A stretch of 64,000 nt of DNA from Bacteroidales bacterium (GTDB lineage: Bacteria; Bacteroidota; Bacteroidia; Bacteroidales; UBA10428), in assembly GCA_016926205.1 (NCBI GenBank), contig JAFGPB010000062.1, positions 5,759 through 69,758 on the forward strand, written 5' to 3'. This document shows, one piece after another, positions 27,293-38,331 of this stretch (positions within the stretch are counted from its first letter, which is position 1; each line of letters starts with the position of its first letter). Below the pieces are notes generated by a model. The model had not been told where the DNA came from, did not search any database, and worked only from the letters and a program-made list of their open reading frames with translations. Made by a program: the position numbers and the translations under genes.

Positions 27293-28594
27293 TTATGAAG
27301 ATTTGATCGAACGGTAACCGATCAGGCGGTCAAAGTTCTGCCTCAAATCATGATAATAAACGAAAATGGTGTAGGTATTTCCGGTTTCATGATGACTGCC
27401 TTCAATGCTTACTTCATCAATCCCGCTGTTTGTTTTTTTCAATACGTATTCATAATCATACCAGCCCTGTTTTAAAAGCAGGGTCAGCTCATGGTAACCT
27501 GTTTCGGGATTGTATGTCATCCGGTTATGTTCGCCCGCCGACCATTCCGAAAACATTCCGAAAACATATACCGTTTCCCCGGCATGTATTTCAGGTAAAT
27601 CAAGACTGAAGTGCACGTATACATAATCTGCTTCCCGGTGTTTGTCAGTTGCTTTTTCACGATCTATATAAAAGGCACCATCAAGGTCGGATCCCGAAAA
27701 GAATGGCATATGTGCCCTTGGTTCATCTGGCTTCAGGAGAAAATGCCAGTAAGGATTCATGAAATCGATCCTTTCAATATTTTCTGACTGGTATTTCAGG
27801 CTTTTGGTATCGAAGTTGCGGAATTCATTCCCTCCCGGAAACATGATCCGGTCAGAATAAGTATAGTCAAACCTGCCAGGCTCCATATAGAGTGGTTTTT
27901 GAAGCCTTATTGTATTATCCTGACGGCCGTTTTGCATGACCACCGCCAGCAATCCCGAGTCCGGATCCCGTATCTCGTGTGACGGATCAATTACTGAAAA
28001 TTGCAGCAGCTGTCTGTTTTCATAATATTCACCGGGTGGAGACCGTTTAACATCAGCTTCAACATCTACAACCTTTTCTACAATATAAAACCTTCTGGTA
28101 AGTATGATATTTTCCGGGTTGCTTATCTCGTAAACAACAATGGCGTAATTGCCGCTGATTAGAGGTTTGATGTTTTCTTCAGGAAAATTCAGGCGGTAAT
28201 GGGTATAGTCGTAAGTTGTACTGAAAGATCTGTATATTTCACGAATTTCTCCTTCGCTGAAACCCTGAAGGTACTGCTGTTGTGACATGGAAGAAGGACG
28301 CCAGGAAGAGTCGCAGTGGACCAGTGTATAGGCGAGATAAAGTGACCTGTCCGATAGATCGTCGAACAGAAGTTCAAGTTGTTGTCCCGAATTGAGCTCG
28401 ATCACCGGCAAGGTGAATTCCCATGATGCATTCCGAAGCATGACCGTATGGATGCCTTCGGAAAAAACACTGTCGGTATAGGTCTCCGGATAAAACTCGG
28501 GGCTTTGGTTGAAGCCGGGACAGGTTTCTGCTGACAGAGATATGAGAAGGATTGTTAGCGAAATCACAATATTGTTTTTGTTGCTGTGATCCAT
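27293..28594 (-). CDS. Secreted protein, DUF5103 / type IX secretion plug-like (from memory)
   Basis: Signal peptide. IHTVMLRNASWEFTLPVIELNSGQQLELLFDDLSD...YTLVHCDSSWRPS resembles the T9SS plug N-terminal domain family. Confidence 0.5.
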   Translation of the reverse strand: MDHSNKNNIVISLTILLISLSAETCPGFNQSPEFYPETYTDSVFSEGIHTVMLRNASWEFTLPVIELNSGQQLELLFDDLSDRSLYLAYTLVHCDSSWRPSSMSQQQYLQGFSEGEIREIYRSFSTTYDYTHYRLNFPEENIKPLISGNYAIVVYEISNPENIILTRRFYIVEKVVDVEADVKRSPPGEYYENRQLLQFSVIDPSHEIRDPDSGLLAVVMQNGRQDNTIRLQKPLYMEPGRFDYTYSDRIMFPGGNEFRNFDTKSLKYQSENIERIDFMNPYWHFLLKPDEPRAHMPFFSGSDLDGAFYIDREKATDKHREADYVYVHFSLDLPEIHAGETVYVFGMFSEWSAGEHNRMTYNPETGYHELTLLLKQGWYDYEYVLKKTNSGIDEVSIEGSHHETGNTYTIFVYYHDLRQNFDRLIGYRSIKSS

Positions 28595-28692
28595 CAGTAT
28601 GAAATTGTGCGGTTTTTTAATTTATATTCCGTCTGAAAAAGCATGGTATTCAAAAATATCTATTTTTGTTATGAATAAAAACGAATATTGTC

Positions 28693-30045
28693 ATGTCCCG
28701 GGTATTCTCCGTCAGAAAAGGTCTGAACATCAGTCTTGCCGGCAGAGCCGAAAAAGTATTCGCAAAAGTGGAGCCTTCTGATCTGTATGCTTTGAAACCT
28801 CCTGATTTTCATGGATTGGTTCCACGTTTGCAGGTGAAGGAAGGAGCGGATGTGAAGGCAGGTTCCGTGTTGTTTACGGATAAAAACAGGCCGGATATTT
28901 GTTTTACATCCCCGGTAAGTGGTAAGGTAACATCCATCAACCGGGGTGAAAGGAGGATCATTCTCGAGGTAGTTGTGAAAGCTGATAAAGATAATGTATA
29001 CGAAACATTCAGAACGGGAGATCCTTTCACCATGTCACGGGAGGACATCGTTGACAACCTGCTGAAAAGCGGGTTATGGCCGGTGTTGAGGCAGAGGCCA
29101 TACAATATCATAGCAAATCCGCGTGATGTTCCCAAGTCCGTTTTCATTTCGGCATTTGATTCAGCTCCGCTTGCTCCGGATTACGATTTCATCATCATGG
29201 GCATGGAGGAAGATTTTCAGGCCGGTATCAATGTGTTGTCAAGACTGACACCGGGTAAAGTCCACATCAACATAAACGATGAATATCCTGCTTCCACGGC
29301 TTTTTCACAGGCTCGATATGCACAGGTCAACAGGTTCAGGGGACCTCATCCGTCCGGCAATGTCGGAGTTCAGATCCAGAGGGTCGATCCCCTGAATAAA
29401 GGTGAAATCATATGGGTACTGAATGTACAGGATGTGGTGACGATCGGGCGATTGTTCAAAACGGGCAAATATGACCTTTCCAGGGTGGTGGCACTGACCG
29501 GGTCGGAAGTGAAAAATCCGAGATATTACAGAACGACCGGGTGTTCTTCCATACATCATCTGGTCAGGGACAATGTCAGGGAAGGACAGAACCGTTATAT
29601 CAGTGGCAATGTGCTTACCGGCACAAGAATTGCATCAGAGGGGTTCCTGGGTTATTATGATTCGCAAATTACAGTCATTCCGGAAGGCAACCATTTTGAG
29701 TTTCTGGGCTGGGCAATGCCTGGTTTCAACAAATACAGCGCGTCACGTACATTCTGGTCCTGGCTTCTACCCAGGCGTGAATATGTCGTCGATACAAACC
29801 TGCATGGGGGACAAAGGGCTTTTGTCTTGACCGGCTTGTATGAGAAGGTCTTCCCCATGGACATCCATCCCATGCAACTGCTGAAGGCCATAATGGCGGA
29901 AGATATCGACCAGATGGAAAAACTGGGCATTTATGAGGTTGCAGAAGAAGATTTTGCCCTGTGTGAGTTTGTTGATCCCTCAAAAACTGAAATGCAGGCA
30001 TTGGTCCGCAAGGGACTTGACACAATGATACGTGAGATGAGCTGA
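28693..30045 (+). CDS. nqrA: Na+-translocating NADH:quinone oxidoreductase subunit A
   Basis: 450 aa with RKGLNISLAGRAEK start. First gene of a colinear nqrABCDEF set. Confidence 0.9.
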   Translation: MSRVFSVRKGLNISLAGRAEKVFAKVEPSDLYALKPPDFHGLVPRLQVKEGADVKAGSVLFTDKNRPDICFTSPVSGKVTSINRGERRIILEVVVKADKDNVYETFRTGDPFTMSREDIVDNLLKSGLWPVLRQRPYNIIANPRDVPKSVFISAFDSAPLAPDYDFIIMGMEEDFQAGINVLSRLTPGKVHININDEYPASTAFSQARYAQVNRFRGPHPSGNVGVQIQRVDPLNKGEIIWVLNVQDVVTIGRLFKTGKYDLSRVVALTGSEVKNPRYYRTTGCSSIHHLVRDNVREGQNRYISGNVLTGTRIASEGFLGYYDSQITVIPEGNHFEFLGWAMPGFNKYSASRTFWSWLLPRREYVVDTNLHGGQRAFVLTGLYEKVFPMDIHPMQLLKAIMAEDIDQMEKLGIYEVAEEDFALCEFVDPSKTEMQALVRKGLDTMIREMS

Positions 30046-30066
30046 TAAAGAAATACAAGAGGCTGC

Positions 30067-31257
30067 ATGAAATCGTTAAGAAGATATATTGACCGGATAA
30101 AACCCCATTTTGAGAAAGGCGGGAAGTTTGAAAAACTTCAATCCACATTTGAAGGTTTCGAAACATTCCTGTTTGTTCCTGACAGGGTAACCACTTCAGG
30201 ATCACATATACGCGACAGCATAGATATGAAAAGAACCATGATTGTTGTCGTGATCGCCCTGTTGCCTGCGCTATTGTTTGGAATGTACAATTCAGGTTAC
30301 CAGCACTTTCTGGCCACAGGGGACACCAGGCCGTTCTGGCCTGTACTGGGATATGGTTTTATGCAGGTGTTTCCTTTGATTGTTGTTTCCTATGTAACCG
30401 GACTGACCATTGAATTTATTTTTGCACAGATCAGGGGTCATGAGATCAATGAGGGATTTCTGGTATCCGGTATGCTGATCCCGCTTGTCATGCCGGTCGA
30501 TGTACCTTTGTGGATGGTTGCCGTTTCCACCGCATTCGCAGTAATCATCGGCAAGGAAGTGTTTGGGGGATCGGGAATGAATGTATTGAATCCTGCACTC
30601 ACGGCCAGGGCCTTCCTGTTCTTTGCCTACCCGGCCGAAATGACGGGAGATCAGGTCTGGATAGCCGGAATGAAGCAGGGAACCGGCATACCGGATGGCT
30701 ATTCCGGCTCCACGGCGCTGGGAGAGCTGGCGCAGAACCTTACGGGCAGGATACCGGCTGACCTGGATTCCTTTCTCGGCTTCATTCCCGGATCTGTTGG
30801 GGAAACTTCCAAACTGGCCATATTGATCGGGGCATTTATTCTTATTTATACCGGTGTGGGGAGCTGGAAAATTATACTTTCAGTATTTGCGGGGGGATTG
30901 TTTATGGGTTTGGTATTCAATGCATTCGCTGCAAATGAATACATGGCTTTGCCCGCATACAAGCATTTTCTGCTGGGTGGTTTTGCCTTTGGTGCCGTTT
31001 TTATGGCCACTGATCCGGTTACTGCATCTCAGACGGAAACAGGCAAATGGATTTACGGCATACTGACAGGCATGCTGGCCATACTGATCAGGGTGCTGAA
31101 TCCTGCATATCCCGAAGGAATGATGCTGGCCATCCTGCTGATGAATGTTTTTGCACCGCTGATCGATTACTATGTAGTGGAATCCAATGTCAAAAGACGC
31201 CTGAAGAGACTGAAAAGATCCCGTATGGTTGAGGAAGGCAAACACAATCCTGAATGA
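30067..31257 (+). CDS. nqrB: Na+-NQR subunit B
   Basis: Polytopic membrane protein with a SGSTALG-type FMN-attachment region (YSGSTALGEL). Confidence 0.9.
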   Translation: MKSLRRYIDRIKPHFEKGGKFEKLQSTFEGFETFLFVPDRVTTSGSHIRDSIDMKRTMIVVVIALLPALLFGMYNSGYQHFLATGDTRPFWPVLGYGFMQVFPLIVVSYVTGLTIEFIFAQIRGHEINEGFLVSGMLIPLVMPVDVPLWMVAVSTAFAVIIGKEVFGGSGMNVLNPALTARAFLFFAYPAEMTGDQVWIAGMKQGTGIPDGYSGSTALGELAQNLTGRIPADLDSFLGFIPGSVGETSKLAILIGAFILIYTGVGSWKIILSVFAGGLFMGLVFNAFAANEYMALPAYKHFLLGGFAFGAVFMATDPVTASQTETGKWIYGILTGMLAILIRVLNPAYPEGMMLAILLMNVFAPLIDYYVVESNVKRRLKRLKRSRMVEEGKHNPE

Positions 31258-31985
31258 CCATGAAAGTACAAAACAATACATACACACTGATGTATTCGGC
31301 GGTCGTTGTGCTGATCGTGGCGACCTGTCTCGCCGTTTTTGCAACTGCCCTGAAACCAGCCCAGTTGAGAAATATCGAGATTGAAAAAAAGCAGAATATA
31401 CTTGCTTCACTTCGCATTGTATCCGACAAAGCCAGTGCAGAGGAACTTTACAACCGCTATATCGTTGACAGTTATACACTGAACACATCAGGAGAACAAA
31501 TACAGAATATCGACCCTTTTGCAGTAAACCTCCGGGAAGAACTTAAAAAGCCACCCGGAGAACGCAATCTTCCTGCATACGTGGGAGCCAGGAATGACAG
31601 CACTTTTCTGGTGATCCCCGTTTATGGAAAAGGCCTTTGGGGGCCGATCTGGGGTTATGTTTCATTCATGAAAAGGGACCCGGTTAAAGAAGGCATGCCA
31701 TATTACAATGTGATTTATGGTGTAAATTTTGATCATCAGAGTGAAACTCCGGGTCTGGGCGCTGAAATATCCCAGGATTTTTTTCAGATTCCCTTCCGCG
31801 GAAAAGCCATTTTTGATGAACAGGGAAATTTCGTATCCGTGAAAGTTGTCAAAGGAGGAGCAGATCCCGGATCGATCCATGAAGTGGATGCCATTTCCGG
31901 TGGTACCATTACCAGCAGGGGCTTACAGGCCATGCTTGATACATGCCTTGTTGCCTATGAATTTTATTTTAAATCGGTTGATTAA
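31254..31985 (+). CDS. nqrC: Na+-NQR subunit C
   Basis: ATGA overlap with nqrB, single N-terminal TM, and the FMN-binding site motif DAISGGTITSRG. Confidence 0.9.
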   Translation: MTMKVQNNTYTLMYSAVVVLIVATCLAVFATALKPAQLRNIEIEKKQNILASLRIVSDKASAEELYNRYIVDSYTLNTSGEQIQNIDPFAVNLREELKKPPGERNLPAYVGARNDSTFLVIPVYGKGLWGPIWGYVSFMKRDPVKEGMPYYNVIYGVNFDHQSETPGLGAEISQDFFQIPFRGKAIFDEQGNFVSVKVVKGGADPGSIHEVDAISGGTITSRGLQAMLDTCLVAYEFYFKSVD

Positions 31986-31986
31986 A

Positions 31987-32613
31987 ATGGTCAGGCACAT
32001 GAAGCACTTAAAACTACTGACAAATCCATTAAATGATGAAAATCCGATAACCGTTCAGGTATTGGGTATCTGTTCTGTTCTGGCGGTTACCGTGCAAATG
32101 AAGCCGGCCATTGTAATGGCAGTCTCGGTGATCGTCGTGACAGCATTGTCAAACCTTATCATATCGCTGCTGCGTGCGACAATACCGCCGAGGATCAGGA
32201 TCATCATACAGCTGGTCGTGATCGCTTTTCTGGTGATTCTCGTCGATCAGATCCTGAAGGCATTCCTTTATGATGTGAGTAAGAAACTATCGGTCTTTGT
32301 CGGTCTGATCATCACAAATTGTATTCTGATGGGGAGACTGGAAGCTTTTGCCATGAATAACAGGCCATGGGAATCCTTTCTGGATGGTATCGGCAATGGT
32401 GCTGGATATGGCATCATACTGATCGCACTTTCCACCATCAGGGAATTGTTCGGCAGCGGTTCCCTGCTCGGTTATCAGGTGATTCCGGAAGGGCTTTACA
32501 AGCTTGGCTATGTGGACAATGGAATGATGATCCTTCCCCCGATGGCATTGATTACTGTGGGTATCATGATATGGGTGCAACGGGGATACAACAAAAAACT
32601 GATTGAAAAGTAA
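31987..32613 (+). CDS. nqrD: Na+-NQR subunit D
   Basis: [25 protein letters not shown]. Start moved to the ATG at 31987, directly after the nqrC stop; the tracked start at 31846 overlaps nqrC. Confidence 0.9.
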   Translation: MVRHMKHLKLLTNPLNDENPITVQVLGICSVLAVTVQMKPAIVMAVSVIVVTALSNLIISLLRATIPPRIRIIIQLVVIAFLVILVDQILKAFLYDVSKKLSVFVGLIITNCILMGRLEAFAMNNRPWESFLDGIGNGAGYGIILIALSTIRELFGSGSLLGYQVIPEGLYKLGYVDNGMMILPPMALITVGIMIWVQRGYNKKLIEK

Positions 32614-32642
32614 GATATTATCGAATAGTTTCAGGGAAAGAA

Positions 32643-33260
32643 ATGGAAAATTTATTCGACCTTTTTGTAAGAAACGTCTTCATCGAGAACATGGTGTTTG
32701 CCTATTTCTTAGGCATGTGTTCTTACCTGGCCGTTTCAAAGACCGTAAAGACTGCTGTGGGACTGGGGACTGCCGTGATTTTCGTGATTACTGTCACGGT
32801 GCCCGTAAACTGGCTCATGGAAAACTACCTGCTCAAAGCCGGAGCACTGAAATGGCTTGGCTCTTCGTTTGCAGATCTGGATCTGAGTTTTTTGAGTTTT
32901 TTGCTGTTCATCGCAGTTATTGCGGCAATGGTGCAGCTGATTGAAATGGTAATCGAAAAATTTGCACCTGCGTTATACAATGCTCTGGGTATCTTTTTGC
33001 CGCTGATCGCAGTGAATTGCTCCATACTGGGTGCTTCGTTGTTCATGCAGGAACGTGAATACGGAACCATTGCCGAAGCTGCTGTATTTGCTTTAGGTGC
33101 CGGTGTAGGATGGGCACTTGCCATAATCGTGCTGGCGGCCATTCGCGAAAAACTGAAATATTCCAACGTTCCTGCGCCATTGCGTGGTCTGGGGATCGCG
33201 TTTATATTGACAGGGCTTCTGGCTATTGCATTTATGGGCTTTGGAGGGATAGTGATCTGA
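32643..33260 (+). CDS. nqrE: Na+-NQR subunit E
   Basis: 205-aa 6-TM protein with [20 protein letters not shown] and [11 protein letters not shown]. Confidence 0.9.
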   Translation: MENLFDLFVRNVFIENMVFAYFLGMCSYLAVSKTVKTAVGLGTAVIFVITVTVPVNWLMENYLLKAGALKWLGSSFADLDLSFLSFLLFIAVIAAMVQLIEMVIEKFAPALYNALGIFLPLIAVNCSILGASLFMQEREYGTIAEAAVFALGAGVGWALAIIVLAAIREKLKYSNVPAPLRGLGIAFILTGLLAIAFMGFGGIVI

Positions 33261-33284
33261 CAATGGATAAATGAATCATAAATT

Positions 33285-34529
33285 ATGGGTCTTTTACCGG
33301 TCATATTGCTCAGTATAGCTGTTTTTCTCGGCATCATCCTGATCCTTGTAAGCATGCTTCTGTATGCAAAGGCAAAACTTACACCTTCAGGCAATGTAAA
33401 AATCATCATCAATGATGAGAGGGAACTGGATGTTGCTCCCGGATCGACTTTACTGTCAACCTTATCCGAAAACAAATTGTATCTTCCCTCTGCATGCGGC
33501 GGTGGAGGGACCTGCGGATTGTGCCGGTGTCAGTTGCTTGAGGGAGGAGGAGCGATACTCCCAACGGAAACGGATTTCTTTACCCGGAGGGAGATTCATG
33601 ACAAATGGAGACTGGGTTGCCAGGTGAAGGTCAGGGAAGATCTCAGGATCCATGTGCCTGAGGAAGTCCTGGGTATTAAAAAATGGGAATGCGAGGTGGT
33701 GTCAAATCACAATGTTGCGACTTTCATCAAGGAGTTTGTTTTGGAATTGCCGCAGGGCGAGACCCTGAAATTCAGGCCTGGCGGGTATGTGCAGATTGAT
33801 GTACCTGAATTTGAAATGAGTTTCAGGGATATTGATGTCGAAAACAGGTTTCATGACGAATGGGATAAATTTTCCATGTGGGATCTGAAGGTGAAAAATA
33901 CAACACCGACATTCAGAGCGTATTCAATGGCCAATCATCCGGCTGAAGGCAATATTGTCATACTGAATATCAGGATCGCCACACCTCCCTGGGACAAATC
34001 AAGGTCTGCCTTTAAAAATGTTCCACCCGGTATATGTTCTTCCTATATCTTTTCCAGGAAACCGGGTGACAAGGTGATGCTTTCCGGACCTTACGGAGAA
34101 TTTTTTATCAAGGATACCGGCAATGAAATGGTATATATTGGAGGGGGTGCGGGTATGGCTCCCTTGCGGTCACACATATTTCATCTTTTTCATACCCTGA
34201 AAACAGGCCGTAAGGTGAGTTACTGGTACGGGGCGAGATCAAAGCGCGAAATCTTTTATGAGGAAGATTTCCGGAAGATTGAAAAAAAATTCCCCAATTT
34301 CAGGTTTCACATTGCACTTTCGGAACCCCAGTCGGAAGATCACTGGAAGGGCTACACGGGATTTATTCATCAGGTATTGTACGATGAGTATCTCAGTACG
34401 CATGAATTTCCGGAGGATATCGAATATTACCTGTGTGGACCGCCAATGATGAACGAGGCTGTATTGCAGATGTTATACAATCTGGGCGTTCCTGATGAAA
34501 TGGTTGATTTTGATGATTTCGGCAGTTGA
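33285..34529 (+). CDS. nqrF: Na+-NQR subunit F
   Basis: N-terminal TM, 2Fe-2S motif [12 protein letters not shown], and an FAD/NADH-binding domain ([15 protein letters not shown]). Confidence 0.95.
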   Translation: MGLLPVILLSIAVFLGIILILVSMLLYAKAKLTPSGNVKIIINDERELDVAPGSTLLSTLSENKLYLPSACGGGGTCGLCRCQLLEGGGAILPTETDFFTRREIHDKWRLGCQVKVREDLRIHVPEEVLGIKKWECEVVSNHNVATFIKEFVLELPQGETLKFRPGGYVQIDVPEFEMSFRDIDVENRFHDEWDKFSMWDLKVKNTTPTFRAYSMANHPAEGNIVILNIRIATPPWDKSRSAFKNVPPGICSSYIFSRKPGDKVMLSGPYGEFFIKDTGNEMVYIGGGAGMAPLRSHIFHLFHTLKTGRKVSYWYGARSKREIFYEEDFRKIEKKFPNFRFHIALSEPQSEDHWKGYTGFIHQVLYDEYLSTHEFPEDIEYYLCGPPMMNEAVLQMLYNLGVPDEMVDFDDFGS

Positions 34530-35551
34530 TGAAAATAAAACGCATACATGTTCAGATTCTCCTTCTGGCCACCGTTTTTCTCATAGTACTAATTGTCCAC
34601 AACAGGATCAACAGGGGAGCGTATTTCACAGTGACGGGTATGACGCAGGGAACGACCTACCGCATCACTTACGAGAGCGGGCAGGGAGAGGAACTGAAAC
34701 ATGAGATCGATTCCCTGCTTGCCGATTTTGACCTGTCCTTGTCAATTTACAATGATTCTTCGGTCATTTCCAGGTTTAACAGGAATGATCCGTCGGTCGA
34801 AGCTGACCATAAATTCAAAACAGTTTTTGAGAAAGCTTATGAAGTATATCTGAAAACCGACGGAGCATTTGATATTACGGTGGGGCCCGTGATCAATGCA
34901 CTGGGCTTCGGATCTGTGTATCAGGCGGAGATTGACAGCACATGGATCGATAGTGTGATGATGTTTGTCGGAATGAATAAGGTAAGCATGGAGGGCAATC
35001 AGCTGGTCAAAAAGGAGAAAAATCTCATGCTGGATGTGAATGCCATAGCACAGGGGTATTCTGTTGATGTTGTTGCTGAATATCTTGACAGCAAAAGGAT
35101 CAGGAATTACATGGTTGAAATCGGAGGTGAAGTAAAAACGTGCGGACTAAATCCGAATCATGAGATATGGCGCATCGGTATCGACAAACCTGTTGAAGGC
35201 AATATGATTCCGGGATCCGATCTTCAGGCAGTGATCCGGCTGAAAAACAGAGCTCTTGCCACTTCCGGCAATTACAGACGCTTTTATGAGAAGGACGGAA
35301 TGAAATATGTTCATACCGTTGATCCCCGGACCGGTTATCCAGTGATTTCCAATTTGTTAAGTGCTACCGTAGTTGCTGAGGATTGCATGACCGCTGATGC
35401 ATATGCAACTGCCTTTATGGTATTCGGACTGGAGCGGTCGATTGAATTTCTGAACCGCAACAATTTTCTTGAAGCCTACCTGGTCTTTGCTGATGAAACC
35501 GGGGATTTCCAGGTGTATATATCGGAAGGTCTGTCAGAGTTTATTGAATAA
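34529..35551 (+). CDS. apbE: FAD:protein FMN transferase (ApbE)
   Basis: TGATG overlap with nqrF. ApbE-like AFDITVGP, AQGYSVD and ATSGNY..., ADAYATAF motifs. Confidence 0.9.
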   Translation: MKIKRIHVQILLLATVFLIVLIVHNRINRGAYFTVTGMTQGTTYRITYESGQGEELKHEIDSLLADFDLSLSIYNDSSVISRFNRNDPSVEADHKFKTVFEKAYEVYLKTDGAFDITVGPVINALGFGSVYQAEIDSTWIDSVMMFVGMNKVSMEGNQLVKKEKNLMLDVNAIAQGYSVDVVAEYLDSKRIRNYMVEIGGEVKTCGLNPNHEIWRIGIDKPVEGNMIPGSDLQAVIRLKNRALATSGNYRRFYEKDGMKYVHTVDPRTGYPVISNLLSATVVAEDCMTADAYATAFMVFGLERSIEFLNRNNFLEAYLVFADETGDFQVYISEGLSEFIE

Positions 35552-35617
35552 CAGGGGAAAATCCTGCGGATTCAGAAAACATCCAGCGGGGTATTTCACC
35601 CCACCGGAATGTAATTC

Positions 35618-36463
35618 TTATTCTTCGGAAGTGCAGGCAATATCATCGAAGTTTTCGTCCCAGCAGCCTTCGGACTGCAAATCATCATTCAGATACACTT
35701 CAATTCTGCCGGCATGAGTTTCGGTATTGTAATAGATCCAGGTGACAACACCGGGTTCTGTTGATTTGTAAACGCTGTAATAAGCATCGTAGTCAGGATT
35801 GTCATCCGTAATACCGCAGTTGATATAGCTTCCGTAATAATTGCTGGATTCATACACCACTTCATAGGTCACATCACAGGTTTCTGCTTCATAGTCCACA
35901 GTCCAGTCAATGTCAAGAATGGCATGCGGGTCAGCAGGTGTTTCGTACAAGGTCCATGTCCCTTCAGTGGCCAGGATGTCGCAGCTTCCTGTGAACCAGA
36001 TGAAATCCTGGAAACCGTCGGTTTTTGATACTTTCATTTCCCAGTCAACCATTTCCTCCTCCACCACAGCCGTCAATATCGTCTGATAAGAGTTTTCCCC
36101 AAGATCGAAATCATTGGACCACTCCCAGGTATTGTTGTCAATCCTTTCAGGAGTTTGATCCACAGCCATATTGTATGCATGCACGGGTACGGCAAGTCCG
36201 ATTGTCAGAAGTGAATTGAAATACCACACTGTAAAAGCTGCCTGCTGAAAGTTGGTCAATTCCAGTTCGGTCGACTTTTTGAGGGGGACACCGTCTTCAA
36301 ATTCACTGAAATCGGTAATGAATGTGGCTGCAGGCGGCAATTGAGGTGCTTCACCTTCTTTGTCCTTTTCACAGCCCAATGGAATGATTAAACCGGCCAT
36401 CAACACAAGGGCCATAAACTGATGCATTCTCTTTTTCATAACGTTGTTATTTGATTTGTTCAA
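35618..36463 (-). CDS. Acidic, aromatic-rich lipoprotein of unknown function
   Basis: Lipobox IIPLGC. The real start is probably the internal MKKRMHQ (36439). I recognise no family. Confidence 0.65.
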   Translation of the reverse strand: MNKSNNNVMKKRMHQFMALVLMAGLIIPLGCEKDKEGEAPQLPPAATFITDFSEFEDGVPLKKSTELELTNFQQAAFTVWYFNSLLTIGLAVPVHAYNMAVDQTPERIDNNTWEWSNDFDLGENSYQTILTAVVEEEMVDWEMKVSKTDGFQDFIWFTGSCDILATEGTWTLYETPADPHAILDIDWTVDYEAETCDVTYEVVYESSNYYGSYINCGITDDNPDYDAYYSVYKSTEPGVVTWIYYNTETHAGRIEVYLNDDLQSEGCWDENFDDIACTSEE

Positions 36464-36706
36464 TGTTCATATACGTAACGGTGGCACTAAAGGTTTAGTG
36501 TAAGAATTGAAAAGTTTTACAGGAAAAATGCATTGAAGGAGATGTAGGTCCGGAGAAATCACACGTCACTCATCACAATTTCCAGGAATACTGAAGGTTA
36601 TTCCGCATGGAGCCAGTATCATGGTTCTGGAATTTTGATGAACCGTACACTCCGTTCAGGATGATCATAGGTTTTCCCGGGCCGAATTTGTGAAATGCCA
36701 GTTTCA

Positions 36707-37420
36707 TCAGGTAAGCTGACTGAGATACAACTGAATGGTTTTTTCAAGACCGAAATAGAGTGCATCCGAGATCAGTGCATGACCGATTGAAACCTCTGAG
36801 AGCCCGGGGATGCTTTCATGGAAAAAACGAAGGTTCTCAAGGTTGAGGTCATGTCCGGCATTAATTTCCAGTCCGAGTTCCAGTGCCCATTTTGCAGCGC
36901 GAATGTATGGTTCGACAGCTTTTTCCCGGTCTGAGGAATATTTGTCGGCATAAGGTTCGGTATAGAGCTCAATACGGTGGGTTCCTGCAATGGCTGCACG
37001 CTGGATCTGCTCCAGATCCGTTTCAATAAAGATTGATGTACGTATGTTATTGCGCTTCAGCTCAGTGATAACATCCATAAGAAATTTCTCATATCTGATA
37101 ACATTCCAGCCCTGGTTGGAAGTGATTACATCATGTGAATCGGGGACCAGTGTGACCTGATGGGGCTTAACTTCAAGAACCAGATCAAGAAACCGCTGTG
37201 AAGGATATCCTTCAATATTGAATTCTGTGGTAATGAAGGGTCTCATTTCGCGAACATCCTGGTAGCGAATGTGCCTTTCGTCAGGCCTTGGATGCACAGT
37301 GATACCCTGCGCACCGAATTTCTGGCAATTCATTGCAGCCACTTTGACATTGGGAATATCCCCACCCCGAGCATTTCGTAAAGTAGCTATTTTGTTGATG
37401 TTGACACTTAACCTTGTCAT
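36707..37420 (-). CDS. pdxJ: Pyridoxine 5'-phosphate synthase
   Basis: [20 protein letters not shown]...[12 protein letters not shown]...EFNIEG. Confidence 0.95.
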   Translation of the reverse strand: MTRLSVNINKIATLRNARGGDIPNVKVAAMNCQKFGAQGITVHPRPDERHIRYQDVREMRPFITTEFNIEGYPSQRFLDLVLEVKPHQVTLVPDSHDVITSNQGWNVIRYEKFLMDVITELKRNNIRTSIFIETDLEQIQRAAIAGTHRIELYTEPYADKYSSDREKAVEPYIRAAKWALELGLEINAGHDLNLENLRFFHESIPGLSEVSIGHALISDALYFGLEKTIQLYLSQLT

Positions 37421-37591
37421 TTGCCGGTCATTTGGAAATTTATTAAATATAGTATAATTTTAATGTTTTCCGCAAAGGTTGTTCCTGTTTGGTTTTAATA
37501 CCGGGCGGCGGATTTTGTCTGATATTGGGCAGGTGTTCCATTGTTTCCTGCAGATTGCAAATTTAGCTTGTTTTGGATTTAATTATATGAT

Positions 37592-38257
37592 ATGTTAGCG
37601 AAAGATTTAATATCAGATGTTGTACCTGCATTGCGGACATCCGATAGCGGTCAGAAAGCCCTTTACTGGATGGATATATTCAGGATTTCCCATTTGCCTA
37701 TAGTGAATAATGAAGATTTCCTGGGACTGATCTCCGATAAGGACATCTATGATCACAATATGGCTGAGGAGCCTATAGGCAACCACTCCCTCTCCCTTTT
37801 CAGTCCTTTTGTAACTGAGGATCAGCATGTCTATGAAGCAATTGAACTTGCTTCAAGACTGAATCTGTCTGTTGTTCCTGTCCTTGACCTTCACAACCAT
37901 TATAAGGGTCTGATTACATTGAATGATCTGGTTCATTTTTTTGCTGATTTTTCTGCCCTGAAGGAGCCAGGCGCAATTATTGTTCTGGATATGAGTGAAC
38001 ACGATTATTCATTATCACAGATCTCCCAGATTGTCGAGAGCAACAACGCCAAAATCCTGAGCATGTATGTGAGTTCACATGCCACCACGACCCGACTTGA
38101 AGTGACCCTAAAGATAAATCGTAATGATCTGACCTCTATTATCCAGACGTTCGACCGATACAATTATATCGTCAGAAATACTTTTATGGATCAGGACGAT
38201 ATGAACAGTTTTTATGAGAACAGATATGAAATGTTCATGAAATACCTGAATATCTGA
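37592..38257 (+). CDS. CBS-pair domain protein
   Basis: Two CBS-like repeats followed by an ACT-like C-terminal segment. Lies between pdxJ and nadK. Confidence 0.8.
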   Translation: MLAKDLISDVVPALRTSDSGQKALYWMDIFRISHLPIVNNEDFLGLISDKDIYDHNMAEEPIGNHSLSLFSPFVTEDQHVYEAIELASRLNLSVVPVLDLHNHYKGLITLNDLVHFFADFSALKEPGAIIVLDMSEHDYSLSQISQIVESNNAKILSMYVSSHATTTRLEVTLKINRNDLTSIIQTFDRYNYIVRNTFMDQDDMNSFYENRYEMFMKYLNI

Positions 38258-38331
38258 CCAGATGGATCTGATGATCCGGTATCCTTTAATAAACCATTAG
38301 TCTGTGTGTCACATACAATTCTTACGATCCT

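Noticed and set aside
31846-31986. Upstream extension of the nqrD ORF overlapping nqrC by 140 nt
   Set aside because: The NqrD-like sequence begins at the ATG at 31987, one nucleotide after the nqrC stop. The extension has no NqrD similarity and would duplicate coding of nqrC.
30880-33475. Long minus-strand ORFs (202 aa and 216 aa) inside nqrB/C and nqrE
   Set aside because: They are shadow ORFs opposite membrane-protein genes with strong family signatures. Their composition is Ser/Cys/Arg/Pro-rich.
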